NCBI GenBank assembly: GCA_965370805.1
Contig: CBDUVZ010000001.1
Coordinates: forward strand, 7,250-71,249
Reading direction: 5' to 3'
Length of the DNA: 64,000 nt
From: an uncultured bacterium
GTDB taxonomy: Bacteria > Hydrothermota > Tepidihabitantia > Tepidihabitantales > Tepidihabitantaceae
The position numbers and the translations under genes were made by a program. Of this stretch, positions 47,669-56,624 are shown piece after piece. The notes under the pieces are model-generated. The model did no database searches. It saw only the letters and a program-made list of their open reading frames with translations, and was not told the DNA's origin. Numbering within the stretch: the stretch's first letter is position 1; the number at the start of each line of letters is the position of its first letter.

Positions 47669-49033
47669 ATGCTTGACAAGCTGAAGTCCATTCTTGCCGG
47701 TGCGGATGCTGACTACGCCGATATCCGCTACGAGGTGAAGAAGGAAACGAAAATCGGGTTCAGCGGCCGGGAGTTGACCCTGATGAGTTCGAGTTCGACC
47801 GACGGCCACGTGGTGCGTGTGCTGAAGAGCGGCGGGTTCTCATCGGTTGCGTTCACCAGGCCCGAGGATGCGGAGAAGGCGCTGAAGACCGCGACCGAGA
47901 ATGCGGCCCTGATTTCGAAGCGGACGAAGAAGCCGGTCGAACTGGCCCGGACCGAAGCCATCAAGGACGCGGTCCAGCCGGTCCTGGATGAGGACCCGAG
48001 CGAGGTGTCCGCGGATGAGAAGCTGGCCCTGCTCCGGGAATACAACGAGATTCCGCTGGGCAATGAGAAGGTGGCAACGACTTCGCTTGCCTATACCGAT
48101 CTCGTGCGCGAGAAGTTCTTTGTCAGTACCGAGGGGACCGAGATTCGCGAGGACCTGGTTACGGTCCGGATCAGCGGCAGTATCGTCGCCAAGGACGGAA
48201 ACCTGACCCAGACCGCCAGGCTGGGCTTCGGGGGCAGCGACGGGTTCGGCAAGCTGCGGAACCGCAAGGGCCTGCTCGAGGAGCGGACCGGGATTGCGGT
48301 TGACCTGCTCAAGGCCGAGCCGGTGACCGCGGGTACTCACCGCGTGATCCTGGACCAACGGCTGGCCGGCGTTTTCACCCACGAGGCGTTCGGCCATTTC
48401 TCCGAAGCGGACCTGATTGAGGATTCGCCGACGATGCGGGAGAAAATGCAGCTCGGGGCCCAGCTCGGGACCGAGGTGCTGAGCATCATCGACGACCCGA
48501 CCGTGCCGCACCAGCTCGGGCATTACCGGTATGACGACGAGGGCGTAGCGGCGCGACCGACCCAGTTGATGAAGGACGGGGTCCTGGTCGGCCGGCTGCA
48601 TTCCCGCCGGACCGCGGCCGCTTTCGGGGAGCCGCTGTCCGGTCACAGCATCGCCGAGGATTACCGGTACGGACCGATTATCCGGATGGGCTGTATCTTC
48701 ATCGAGCCCGGGGAGACCGGTTTCGAGGAGTTGATGCAGCAGCTCGGGGACGGGCTTTATCTCGTGAACCCGATGGGCGGCCAGACGAGCGGGGAGAATT
48801 TCACGTTCGGGGCCCAGTACGGGTTCGTGGTCAAGGGCGGGAAGAAGCAGCAGATGCTGCGCGACATCAACATCTCCGGCAACCTCTACCACACGCTCGA
48901 GAGTATCACCGGGGTCGGCAGCGACCTGAAGCTCGGCGAGGTCGGCGGCTGCGGCAAGGGGCAGTTGAACGTCCGTTCCTGCTACGGCGCGCCCCACATC
49001 CTGATTGAGGATGTCGTGATTGGAGGCAGATAA
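47669..49033 (+). CDS. tldD: Metalloprotease TldD
   Basis: TldD/PmbA fold with the HEAFGH zinc-binding motif and a C-terminal GxC motif. Confidence 0.85.
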   Translation: MLDKLKSILAGADADYADIRYEVKKETKIGFSGRELTLMSSSSTDGHVVRVLKSGGFSSVAFTRPEDAEKALKTATENAALISKRTKKPVELARTEAIKDAVQPVLDEDPSEVSADEKLALLREYNEIPLGNEKVATTSLAYTDLVREKFFVSTEGTEIREDLVTVRISGSIVAKDGNLTQTARLGFGGSDGFGKLRNRKGLLEERTGIAVDLLKAEPVTAGTHRVILDQRLAGVFTHEAFGHFSEADLIEDSPTMREKMQLGAQLGTEVLSIIDDPTVPHQLGHYRYDDEGVAARPTQLMKDGVLVGRLHSRRTAAAFGEPLSGHSIAEDYRYGPIIRMGCIFIEPGETGFEELMQQLGDGLYLVNPMGGQTSGENFTFGAQYGFVVKGGKKQQMLRDINISGNLYHTLESITGVGSDLKLGEVGGCGKGQLNVRSCYGAPHILIEDVVIGGR

Positions 49034-50325
49034 TGGAAAAGCTGATGGAGATTGCGAAGAAGGTCGCCGACCGGGTCGAAATCTATTCGGAGAGCGGGGC
49101 TTCCGACGGAGTCAGTTTCGAGAACGCCCGGCTCAAGGATATCGAAAGCTCGCTCCAGTCCGGGACCGGGCTGCTGCTGATCAAGGACGGCAGGCTGGGC
49201 TACGCCTATACCCGGAACCTGATTGACCGCGAGGGACTGGTCCGGAATGCGCTGGCGTCGATCAAGGGCGGGGTTGAAGCCGGGTACGACCTGCCGCTGA
49301 CGAAGGACCTGCCCGAACTTGCGACTTACGATGCGGGTATCGAGAACCTGACTTCGACGAAGATGGTGGACGAATGCGAGCGCATCTGCGGTGAGTTCGC
49401 GGGCAAGACCGAGGGGCAGTTGAATGTCAGCGCCGGCCGCGATGCTTGGACTGTCCGCGTGATAAACAGCAGCGGGACCGACCTGTCGTCGCGGTTTTCC
49501 TCGTATTACGCCTACACCGCACTGTACTACCCCGGGTCCTACTCGTCGGTTTCCCGCGTGACCCTGGGCAAGAAGTTCGTCCCGGCGAGCCCGGAGGACC
49601 TTGACTATATCCTCGGCACCTATAACGGTTCGCTCAAGGAAGTCAAGCCCGCGACCGGCAGGACCAGGGTGCTGTTTCTGCCCGAGACCATCTACGCCCT
49701 GATCTGGCGGTTGAAAGCGGCCACCCAGGGCAAGAGCGTATACGAGCAGGTATCGCCGCTGAAGGACAAGCTGGGCGAGAAGATTGTCAGCGACCGGCTG
49801 ACGGTTCTCGACCGGCCGCTGGACGATACCTGGCCCGGCGCCCGGGCGTTCGACGACGAAGGCACCGCGTGCCGGGACGTGCCGATTGTCGAAGACGGGG
49901 TACTCCGGAATTTCTACTACGACCGGTACTATGCCTGGAAGATGAACGCGGAGTCGACCGGCCACGGGTTCCGACCCGGCATCGTCAGCCGGGTGACGCC
50001 GTCGCTCGAACACACTGTCATCAAGCCCGGGACCGAGTCGTTCGCCGACCTGCTCAAGAAGATGGGCAAGGGCATCATCGCGGCCGGGGTGATGGGCGCG
50101 CACAGCGGCAATATCCTGAACGGCGATTTCTCAATCGGGCTGTCGCCGGGCCTGTACGTCGAGGACGGCGAGATTGTCGGGCAGGTGAAGGACGCGATGG
50201 TGGCAGGCAACATCTACGACACGCTGCAGAATGTCATCGGCGTCGGCGACCGGCTGTACCCGGCATCCATGGGCAAGTTCCCGGCGGTGCTGCTTGATGA
50301 TGTTAGCTTCGCGGCGAAGGGCTAG
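49033..50325 (+). CDS. pmbA: TldD/PmbA-family protein, the PmbA/TldE partner that lacks HExxxH
   Basis: Homologous fold adjacent to tldD. No HExxxH motif. Confidence 0.75.
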   Translation: MEKLMEIAKKVADRVEIYSESGASDGVSFENARLKDIESSLQSGTGLLLIKDGRLGYAYTRNLIDREGLVRNALASIKGGVEAGYDLPLTKDLPELATYDAGIENLTSTKMVDECERICGEFAGKTEGQLNVSAGRDAWTVRVINSSGTDLSSRFSSYYAYTALYYPGSYSSVSRVTLGKKFVPASPEDLDYILGTYNGSLKEVKPATGRTRVLFLPETIYALIWRLKAATQGKSVYEQVSPLKDKLGEKIVSDRLTVLDRPLDDTWPGARAFDDEGTACRDVPIVEDGVLRNFYYDRYYAWKMNAESTGHGFRPGIVSRVTPSLEHTVIKPGTESFADLLKKMGKGIIAAGVMGAHSGNILNGDFSIGLSPGLYVEDGEIVGQVKDAMVAGNIYDTLQNVIGVGDRLYPASMGKFPAVLLDDVSFAAKG

Positions 50326-51289
50326 CCGGGCCGCAGGGTTCGGGGCCGCGCTGGCGGTCCTCGCAGGGTGTACGGAACCCTTGTACGTTATCCCGCGGGA
50401 AGATGCGATTCCGGCCGACGCGGTCAAGATGACGCCGGGAATGGATACCTGGCCTCCGGTTCTGCTATCCGCGGACTGGGAAGACCCCGTCCCGATGCCG
50501 GGCCCGGTCAACACCGCGGGCGCTGAGGATTCGCCGTTCATCACCGCGGACGGGGAGTGGTTCTTTTTCTTCTTCACCCCGGATGTCAGCGTCCCGGCCG
50601 AAGACCAGTTGACTGACGGCTGCACCGGTATCTACTGGTGCCGGAAGCAGGGCACCGGGTGGACCGAACCGGAGCGGGTCGTGCTTCACGATGACGTGTC
50701 GCTCGACGGCTGCGAGTACGTGCGGGGCGACTCGATGTGGTTCTGTTCGGTCCGGACCCAGGGTGCCCTGCGCGAGGGACCGGAATGGTATACCGCGGTG
50801 CTGCGTGACGGCGAGTGGACCGACTGGCGTAACGCCGGGTCACAGCTCAACCTTGACTACGAGGTGGGCGAGTTGCACATCACCGCGGACGGGCAGACGA
50901 TGTACTGCGCCCGGACCGCGGACAAGGGTGGCGAGGGCGGATATGACCTCTGGAGTCTTGGTCGGAACGCAACCGGCTGGGACCCGCCGGTCAGCCTTGG
51001 GAGTGTGGTGAACGGACCTGCCGACGACGGCTGGCCTTTTGTCAGTTCGGACGAAAACGAACTCTGGTTCACGGCCACCAGCACAGCGCACGGTCCGGGA
51101 CCCGGTTTGTACCGGTGCCGGAAAGACAGCACCGGTGAGTGGACCGCACCCGAGGAAATCGTGTCGCGGTTCGCGGGCGAGCCGACGCTCGATGACGAAG
51201 GCAACATCTACTTCACCCACCACTACTACACCGGCACCGACCCGATCCGGATGATCGAAGCGGACATCTACGTCTGCTACCGGAAGTAG
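50297..51289 (+). CDS. Lipoprotein with WD40-like (PD40/TolB-type) beta-propeller repeats
   Basis: Lipobox LAVLAGC. Repeated DxSPxxSxDGxxLYF motifs. The start is uncertain (ATG 50297 or 50300) and overlaps the pmbA 3' end. Confidence 0.55.
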   Translation: MMLASRRRASRAAGFGAALAVLAGCTEPLYVIPREDAIPADAVKMTPGMDTWPPVLLSADWEDPVPMPGPVNTAGAEDSPFITADGEWFFFFFTPDVSVPAEDQLTDGCTGIYWCRKQGTGWTEPERVVLHDDVSLDGCEYVRGDSMWFCSVRTQGALREGPEWYTAVLRDGEWTDWRNAGSQLNLDYEVGELHITADGQTMYCARTADKGGEGGYDLWSLGRNATGWDPPVSLGSVVNGPADDGWPFVSSDENELWFTATSTAHGPGPGLYRCRKDSTGEWTAPEEIVSRFAGEPTLDDEGNIYFTHHYYTGTDPIRMIEADIYVCYRK

Positions 51290-51343
51290 CCCGGATACCG
51301 GGAGGCCGCGGGTCTGGTTTTGCTGACCGTGGTTGGCTGTCAG

Positions 51344-52876
51344 CTAGTAGGTAAGGATTATCTTCCGAACGCAGGACAGGCCGTGGTCAGGCAGCCCGAG
51401 CCGGGCGAAATAGATACCGGCGGGAAGCGAAGGCTGGTCGTGGCTGGCTGGCCAGCCGACTGAATAGCGGCCGGCCGGTCTATCAGCGTCCACTAAAGGA
51501 GAGACTATCCTGCCGGAAGCATCATAGACGTTGAGTCTAACCCTGGCCGGGAATGGAAGTTCGTAGTCCAGACGCGAGTCGCCGACAATCGGGTTGCGTC
51601 GAATCTGAAGTCCGAGCATTGCAGGATATGGTTGCGCCAAGTCGTCGACAACACCCAGGGGGTGATCGGCGTAGCTGAAATATAGCAACCCCCGTTCACC
51701 TGAGAGTAGATAAGTCCAGACAACCCATATCCGATTGCAGGATACTGCAACCGCTCCGTACCCGCCCATCTGGGAGTCTGCAACCACAATGCTGGGTTCA
51801 CTCCAGTTGGAACCATCGTAGTAGCGGACGGATAGCTCTGTATTTATCCCACGCTGTCTGCTCCAAAGAACCCATATCCAGCCGTGTGGGTCAGCGCATA
51901 TTGAGGGGTGTCCGGCATCGCTGGTGCTGAGCCGGACCGAATCTGTCCATCCCGAACTATCGTGTCGGGCGCAGTAGATATCCTGGTCTCGGTTCCACGC
52001 AACCCACACGGTACCTGATGTGTCGTGGCACAGAGACGGTTCGATGTCCGATACCTCGTCAACGAAGAATACGGGTTCAGGTGGGCTCCAGGTATCTCCA
52101 TTCCAGGTGCTGGAATACACATTGAGGTTAACCGGGTCATAAGAGCATGACCATGCGGCCCTGGGCCTCGAACTGGGGGGGACTGTAATGACCGGAGAGA
52201 GGAGGACGCCGTAGTTCTGAAATACAGTAACAGTTGAAGGGGAATTCCAGGAATCGGCGACGCCATGCGAGGCAAGCAGCGGTGCTTCGTGTGCAAGAGT
52301 GGCCTTGCGCCAGATTGCCCAGATGCCTTCTTCCGGGTCGGGCGCGATGCCAAGTTCATGGCCCCACTCAGCAGTGTCTCTGGTTATGGGCATCGGGCAG
52401 GTCCAGGTATCCGCTTCACGGTGGCTGAACAGGAGATAGCATGAGTCCGGCCAGTTATCATGTGTCCAGACCAACCATGGGCGGTGTTCACAGTCGACCG
52501 CTACCTTCGCATTGCCAATGAAAAGCCAGGAGTCGCTGGCGACCGTTTCCGGTGGAAGCCAGTGGTCGTCACCGTAACGGCAGGCTCTAATTTGACGATA
52601 CCCGGTTTCTTGGTCCTCGCACCAGCAGACCCAGAGGGTGGTGTCGCGGCCGGCCAGTGCGAATCCGCATTGCCACAGCGGTGTGACGGTGTCCGGTGCG
52701 ACCGGTTCAGGAGTGGACCATTGGAGATCGAGACCAGTTCCGAGGTTTGCAGACAAAGTGAGCAGGAAAAGGACAGGAGCAAGCCTGGTCACCGGTCCGA
52801 TTCCAACTGAGACGATGCGTGCCAGCTTCCTGATAACGGGAGAAGAAGACCCCGACCAGCCTTCCGGTGAGGTCAT
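51344..52876 (-). CDS. Secreted BNR/sialidase-like beta-propeller protein with a T9SS-type C-terminal sorting domain
   Basis: Repeated W-rich beta-propeller blades (TxWxxPxxV, SxDxGxTW-like). CTD LDYELPFPARVRLNVYDASGRIVSPLVDADRPAGRYSVGWPAS...AGIYFARLGL...KIILTY. Confidence 0.5.
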   Translation of the reverse strand: MTSPEGWSGSSSPVIRKLARIVSVGIGPVTRLAPVLFLLTLSANLGTGLDLQWSTPEPVAPDTVTPLWQCGFALAGRDTTLWVCWCEDQETGYRQIRACRYGDDHWLPPETVASDSWLFIGNAKVAVDCEHRPWLVWTHDNWPDSCYLLFSHREADTWTCPMPITRDTAEWGHELGIAPDPEEGIWAIWRKATLAHEAPLLASHGVADSWNSPSTVTVFQNYGVLLSPVITVPPSSRPRAAWSCSYDPVNLNVYSSTWNGDTWSPPEPVFFVDEVSDIEPSLCHDTSGTVWVAWNRDQDIYCARHDSSGWTDSVRLSTSDAGHPSICADPHGWIWVLWSRQRGINTELSVRYYDGSNWSEPSIVVADSQMGGYGAVAVSCNRIWVVWTYLLSGERGLLYFSYADHPLGVVDDLAQPYPAMLGLQIRRNPIVGDSRLDYELPFPARVRLNVYDASGRIVSPLVDADRPAGRYSVGWPASHDQPSLPAGIYFARLGLPDHGLSCVRKIILTY

Positions 52877-53196
52877 GAGCTGCGATTCTCACGCGGCTGG
52901 GAGAGTCCGGTTGGTAGTGAAGAATGATACCGCCGGGCAGGTCGACCAGCCGAACACGATTTCCGGTCTGCACGGTCGAGGCTGACTGGCGGCCTTTGCG
53001 TCATACTTATTGGTTCAGTATTTGTAGAACGCGCGACGAGGCTTCCCGTTTTTGTTTTCGCCGACAGAGAAGTAGAGACATGGATGAGGCAATTCCGGTT
53101 CGTTGGGAGTATGTCGGGGATAGGCACATTGTCAAGCACAGCCGGGGTTGTCCGTCCTTGACCTGGGCGCATCTATCCTGCATAGTCAGAGAGCAT

Positions 53197-53682
53197 ATGG
53201 AAGAAACCGGCAGAGTTGTGACGGCCTGTGGCGACCGGGCCGAGGTCGAAGTCACACCCGGCGGGGCGTGCGACCGGTGCGGGGCGTCCGGGTTCTGCAC
53301 TTGGACCGGGAGGAAGGCCAAGCTGGTAACGGCGCTGAACCGGGCCGGTGCCGCAGCGGGTGATTCGGTGACGGTCAGGACCGCGGACCGGGGACGCTCG
53401 CTTTCAGCCTTGCTGGTCTTCGGCCTGCCGGGGTTGCTGATGGCCGGCGGGGTCGTGCTCGGCAGCCTGCTGTGGAGCGACACGTGGGGCGCGGTGCTTG
53501 CGGGTATGGGCCTGCTGGCAGCGCTGGTGGTGCTCAAGATTGTTGACGCCGGCGCGAGTCGGTCGGGCAGAATGCTGCCGGTCGTGGTCCGGAAGAGAGA
53601 TAGTGAAGCGAACAAAGGAGTCAGTGATGCGAACAACTGCAGTGGCGATACTGGCCGGGGTGTTGATGATGACGTGCGGTGA
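53197..53682 (+). CDS. RseC/MucC-family protein (positive regulator of sigma-E, SoxR-reducing system component)
   Basis: N-terminal GRVVTACGDRAEVEVTPGGACDRCGASGFC (Cys cluster) followed by two TM helices. Start at ATG 53197. The C-terminal tail overlaps the next gene, so its end is uncertain. Confidence 0.55.
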   Translation: MEETGRVVTACGDRAEVEVTPGGACDRCGASGFCTWTGRKAKLVTALNRAGAAAGDSVTVRTADRGRSLSALLVFGLPGLLMAGGVVLGSLLWSDTWGAVLAGMGLLAALVVLKIVDAGASRSGRMLPVVVRKRDSEANKGVSDANNCSGDTGRGVDDDVR

Positions 53683-54541
53683 TACCGGGCCTGATTTCAG
53701 CAATCTCGAGCACGGCGAGAAGAACTACTGGCATGACGTCAAGTTCGTTCCGGATACCACCGACCCGGATGGGGAACGGGGCAAGTGGATGGGGTGGTTC
53801 CGTCACGACGTTGTCGATGCGTCCCGGCTCGATGCCGGTGTCATCCGGGCGCGGGTCGATGGTAAGTGGCAGGAGTTCGAGACGGTTGACCTGCCCGAGG
53901 ATTTCCTGGAGTGGAACTTCAGGAGCCGGCGCAAGCAACTGGCGGCATTCCGGGAGATGTTCGAGACGAAGCAGATGAAGGCCCCGGTGCTCTCGGGTCC
54001 GCACGACGGAATCGTGGCCAGCCACGGCACGAAGCGCAAGGACAGCTACTTCACCGTCAACAACGCGGTCAAGGGAGTCGGCTGGCTGCCGAAGCCCGAG
54101 AAGCTGCCGGAGATAGTCGAGCTGCTCGAGCGAACCTGGGACGACCCGATGCCGACCAAGCTGGCGACGCTTGAAAGCCTGTACGACCGGGGCCGGGAGA
54201 TACTCGACCTGCGGAAGCAGAGTTCACTGGAGCTGTACGCCCGGCCGAACTTCGAGACCCATACTTTCCTGAACCAGATGGAGGACCCGGGCGTGGCGCT
54301 GGTTTTCCTCGACCTGCCCGAGTCGTTCGAGTTGCGCTGTATCGTCCAGATGCTGCACCCCGGTGACCCGAAACTGACCGATTACGAACGGCAGGTTGTG
54401 GAATACATCAATATGGTCCATGACTACTTCCACGGCCGGATGCCCTGGAAGTCGATTGGCGTCATCTACCACGTCGTGCAGGTGTTCGACAATTCGCCCC
54501 CGAAAGGCAGGGGCCGGCGGGTCGTGCCGCCATTGCCCTGA
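53627..54541 (+). CDS. Hypothetical lipoprotein (304 aa)
   Basis: AAGGAG RBS 7 nt upstream of ATG 53627. Lipobox-like MMTCGD. Confidence 0.5.
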   Translation: MRTTAVAILAGVLMMTCGDTGPDFSNLEHGEKNYWHDVKFVPDTTDPDGERGKWMGWFRHDVVDASRLDAGVIRARVDGKWQEFETVDLPEDFLEWNFRSRRKQLAAFREMFETKQMKAPVLSGPHDGIVASHGTKRKDSYFTVNNAVKGVGWLPKPEKLPEIVELLERTWDDPMPTKLATLESLYDRGREILDLRKQSSLELYARPNFETHTFLNQMEDPGVALVFLDLPESFELRCIVQMLHPGDPKLTDYERQVVEYINMVHDYFHGRMPWKSIGVIYHVVQVFDNSPPKGRGRRVVPPLP

Positions 54542-54566
54542 GGAGCGGGTCCCGAGCCCTGCCGGG

Positions 54567-54594
54567 TTGACAGCCTGCCGGAAGGCCGTATCTT
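54567..54594 (+). promoter_or_regulatory. Sigma70-like promoter: TTGACA, 16-nt spacer, TATCTT, then 7 nt to GTG 54602 (leaderless-type)
   Basis: Direct reading. Confidence 0.5.
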
Positions 54595-54601
54595 AGCGTA
54601 A

Positions 54602-55207
54602 GTGGCTAAGGGCAAACAGCTTCAGGTAGCGCCCAAAGCGTTGCCGGTTCCTGACAAGGAACTGGTGAAACGGGCGCAGGGGGGTAATGACGAGGCGTTC
54701 GAGGAACTGGTGCGTCGCTACCAGCGGAAGGTGTACAGCATTACCTACCGGCTGATGGGCAACCAGCAGGATGCCAGCGAAGCACTGCAGGATACCTTCC
54801 TGAGGGCATACCGGTTTCTGCACAAGTTTGAGTTCAAGTCCAGCTTCTACACGTGGCTGTACCGGATTGCCACCAATACGAGTCTGACGATGCTGCGCAA
54901 GCGCAAGTCGCCGGTAGTGATGTCGCTCGACGAGCCGGTCGGCGCGAACGGCGATCTGCCGCTGGAGATTCCGGACCAGAAGTACAGCCCGGAGCGACTC
55001 ATGCGCCGGCGGGACCTGGGCCGGGCCCTGCAGGAGGCGGTGGATTCCCTGCCGACCGACTACCGGTCAGTGGTCGTGCTGCGCGACCTGGAAGGACTGA
55101 GCAACGAGGAAGTCAGCAAAGTTATGAATCTGTCGGTTTCTGCGGTCAAGTCGCGGCTGCACCGCGGGCGGCTCGTATTGCGCGAGCAACTGGCAGGATA
55201 CCTGTAA
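54602..55207 (+). CDS. ECF-subfamily RNA polymerase sigma-70 factor
   Basis: Sigma70 region 2 (YRFLHKFEFKSSFYTWLYRIATN) and region 4 (LSNEEVSKVMNLSVSAVKSRLHRGR). GTG start. Confidence 0.85.
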   Translation: MAKGKQLQVAPKALPVPDKELVKRAQGGNDEAFEELVRRYQRKVYSITYRLMGNQQDASEALQDTFLRAYRFLHKFEFKSSFYTWLYRIATNTSLTMLRKRKSPVVMSLDEPVGANGDLPLEIPDQKYSPERLMRRRDLGRALQEAVDSLPTDYRSVVVLRDLEGLSNEEVSKVMNLSVSAVKSRLHRGRLVLREQLAGYL

Positions 55208-55217
55208 CGGAGTTATT

Positions 55218-55487
55218 ATGACGGAGAATCACCCCGAGTGCAGTGAACTCCTGGAACTGCTGGTTGACTTCATCGATGGCGAGGAGACCATTGAAGTCCG
55301 GCAGAAGATCATGGTTCACCTTGAGACCTGCGACAAGTGCTCGCGTCTGCTCTGGAGCATGAGGCGGGTAGTCGCCTATTGCCAGGCGGAGTCCAACTGC
55401 GATATGCCGGTCCAGGTGCGCCAGCGTCTCTGGGAAGCGCTCGGCCGGGAATTCAAGGCGGGCGACCCGGACGAAACCGGGACATAG
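55218..55487 (+). CDS. Zinc-finger anti-sigma factor (ZAS/ChrR-like)
   Basis: 89 aa directly after the ECF sigma gene. Hx3Cx2C-type motif (HLETCDKCS) plus an N-terminal Cys. Confidence 0.7.
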   Translation: MTENHPECSELLELLVDFIDGEETIEVRQKIMVHLETCDKCSRLLWSMRRVVAYCQAESNCDMPVQVRQRLWEALGREFKAGDPDETGT

Positions 55488-55527
55488 CCTGTTCCCATCC
55501 GGCCGTCCCGATGAATCCGGTCCTGCT

Positions 55528-56559
55528 GTGACCATTGCGGTGGCGCTGAGCGGAGGAGTTGATTCGTCAGTCGCCGCCGCATTACTGAAGCAGCAGGGAT
55601 ACAATCTGGTCGGGCTCACGATGCTGGTTCCGGGTCAGGATCCGGCGGAAGCGCGCCGGGTTGCGGACAGTCTTTCGATACCTTACCACCTGCTCGATTT
55701 GCGCAGTACGTTTGAACGGGAAGTGGTGGACTACTTCTGCGCCGAATACGGCCGCGGCCGGACCCCGAACCCGTGCATCAGGTGCAACGAGCGGGTGAAG
55801 TTCGGAGTGTTGCTCCGAGAGGCCGGGAAGCTTGGCGCAGAGCGGTTGGCCACCGGGCACTACGCCCGGGTGACGCAGGACAAGGACGGGTTACGGCAGT
55901 TGCGCCGGGGCGCGGATGAAGCGAAGGACCAGTCGTACTTTCTCTACCGGCTCGGCCAGGAGCAGTTGGCCCGGGTTCTGATGCCGGTCGGCGGACACAC
56001 CAAGGAGCAGGTGCGCGAACTGGCCCGCAGGTTTGATTTGCCGGTTGCGGAGGGCCGTGAGAGTCAGGAGATATGTTTTGTCCCGGATGACGACTATGCC
56101 GGGTTCCTGCGCGAGCGGAAGCCGGAGCTGTTTCGGCCCGGACCGGTGCTGGATACGAACGGCAAAGAAATCGGCCGCCACGACGGCATTGCGGGGTTCA
56201 CCGTCGGCCAGCGTAAGGGCCTTGGAATCGCGTTCGGGGAGAGGCGGTACGTTGTCCGGATTGAGCCGGAAGCCGATGCTGTTATCCTCGGAGAGGAGAA
56301 GGACGTCTGTTCCCGGGTTGCCGAGCTTGAGCACGTGCACTGGATTTCGGGCTGGGCTCCGGAGTCGGCATTCCGGGCGGTTGTCAGGATTCGGTCGCAG
56401 CATCCGGGCCAGGCAGCGGTTGTGAAGCCGCTGCCGGGCGGCCGGGCCGAACTGGTATTCGACGAAGCACAGAGAGCGCTAACCCCGGGCCAGGCCGCGG
56501 TCTGCTACCAGGGCGACGTGGTGCTCGGCGGCGGCACAACCGCGGGCCCCGGGGGATGA
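55528..56559 (+). CDS. mnmA: tRNA-specific 2-thiouridylase
   Basis: PP-loop motif ALSGGVDSSVAA. Catalytic Cys residues. C-terminal beta-barrel domain. Confidence 0.9.
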   Translation: MTIAVALSGGVDSSVAAALLKQQGYNLVGLTMLVPGQDPAEARRVADSLSIPYHLLDLRSTFEREVVDYFCAEYGRGRTPNPCIRCNERVKFGVLLREAGKLGAERLATGHYARVTQDKDGLRQLRRGADEAKDQSYFLYRLGQEQLARVLMPVGGHTKEQVRELARRFDLPVAEGRESQEICFVPDDDYAGFLRERKPELFRPGPVLDTNGKEIGRHDGIAGFTVGQRKGLGIAFGERRYVVRIEPEADAVILGEEKDVCSRVAELEHVHWISGWAPESAFRAVVRIRSQHPGQAAVVKPLPGGRAELVFDEAQRALTPGQAAVCYQGDVVLGGGTTAGPGG

Positions 56560-56624
56560 ACACGGCGGGATGCCGTTACATGCTGCGTGCGGAAAAGCAC
56601 TGAACTGAGTTCAAAGGAGGAACC

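Noticed and set aside
47840-50103. Long minus-strand ORFs (385 aa and 373 aa) antisense to tldD and pmbA
   Set aside because: tldD/pmbA identity is unambiguous (HEAFGH motif); the antisense ORFs are artefacts.
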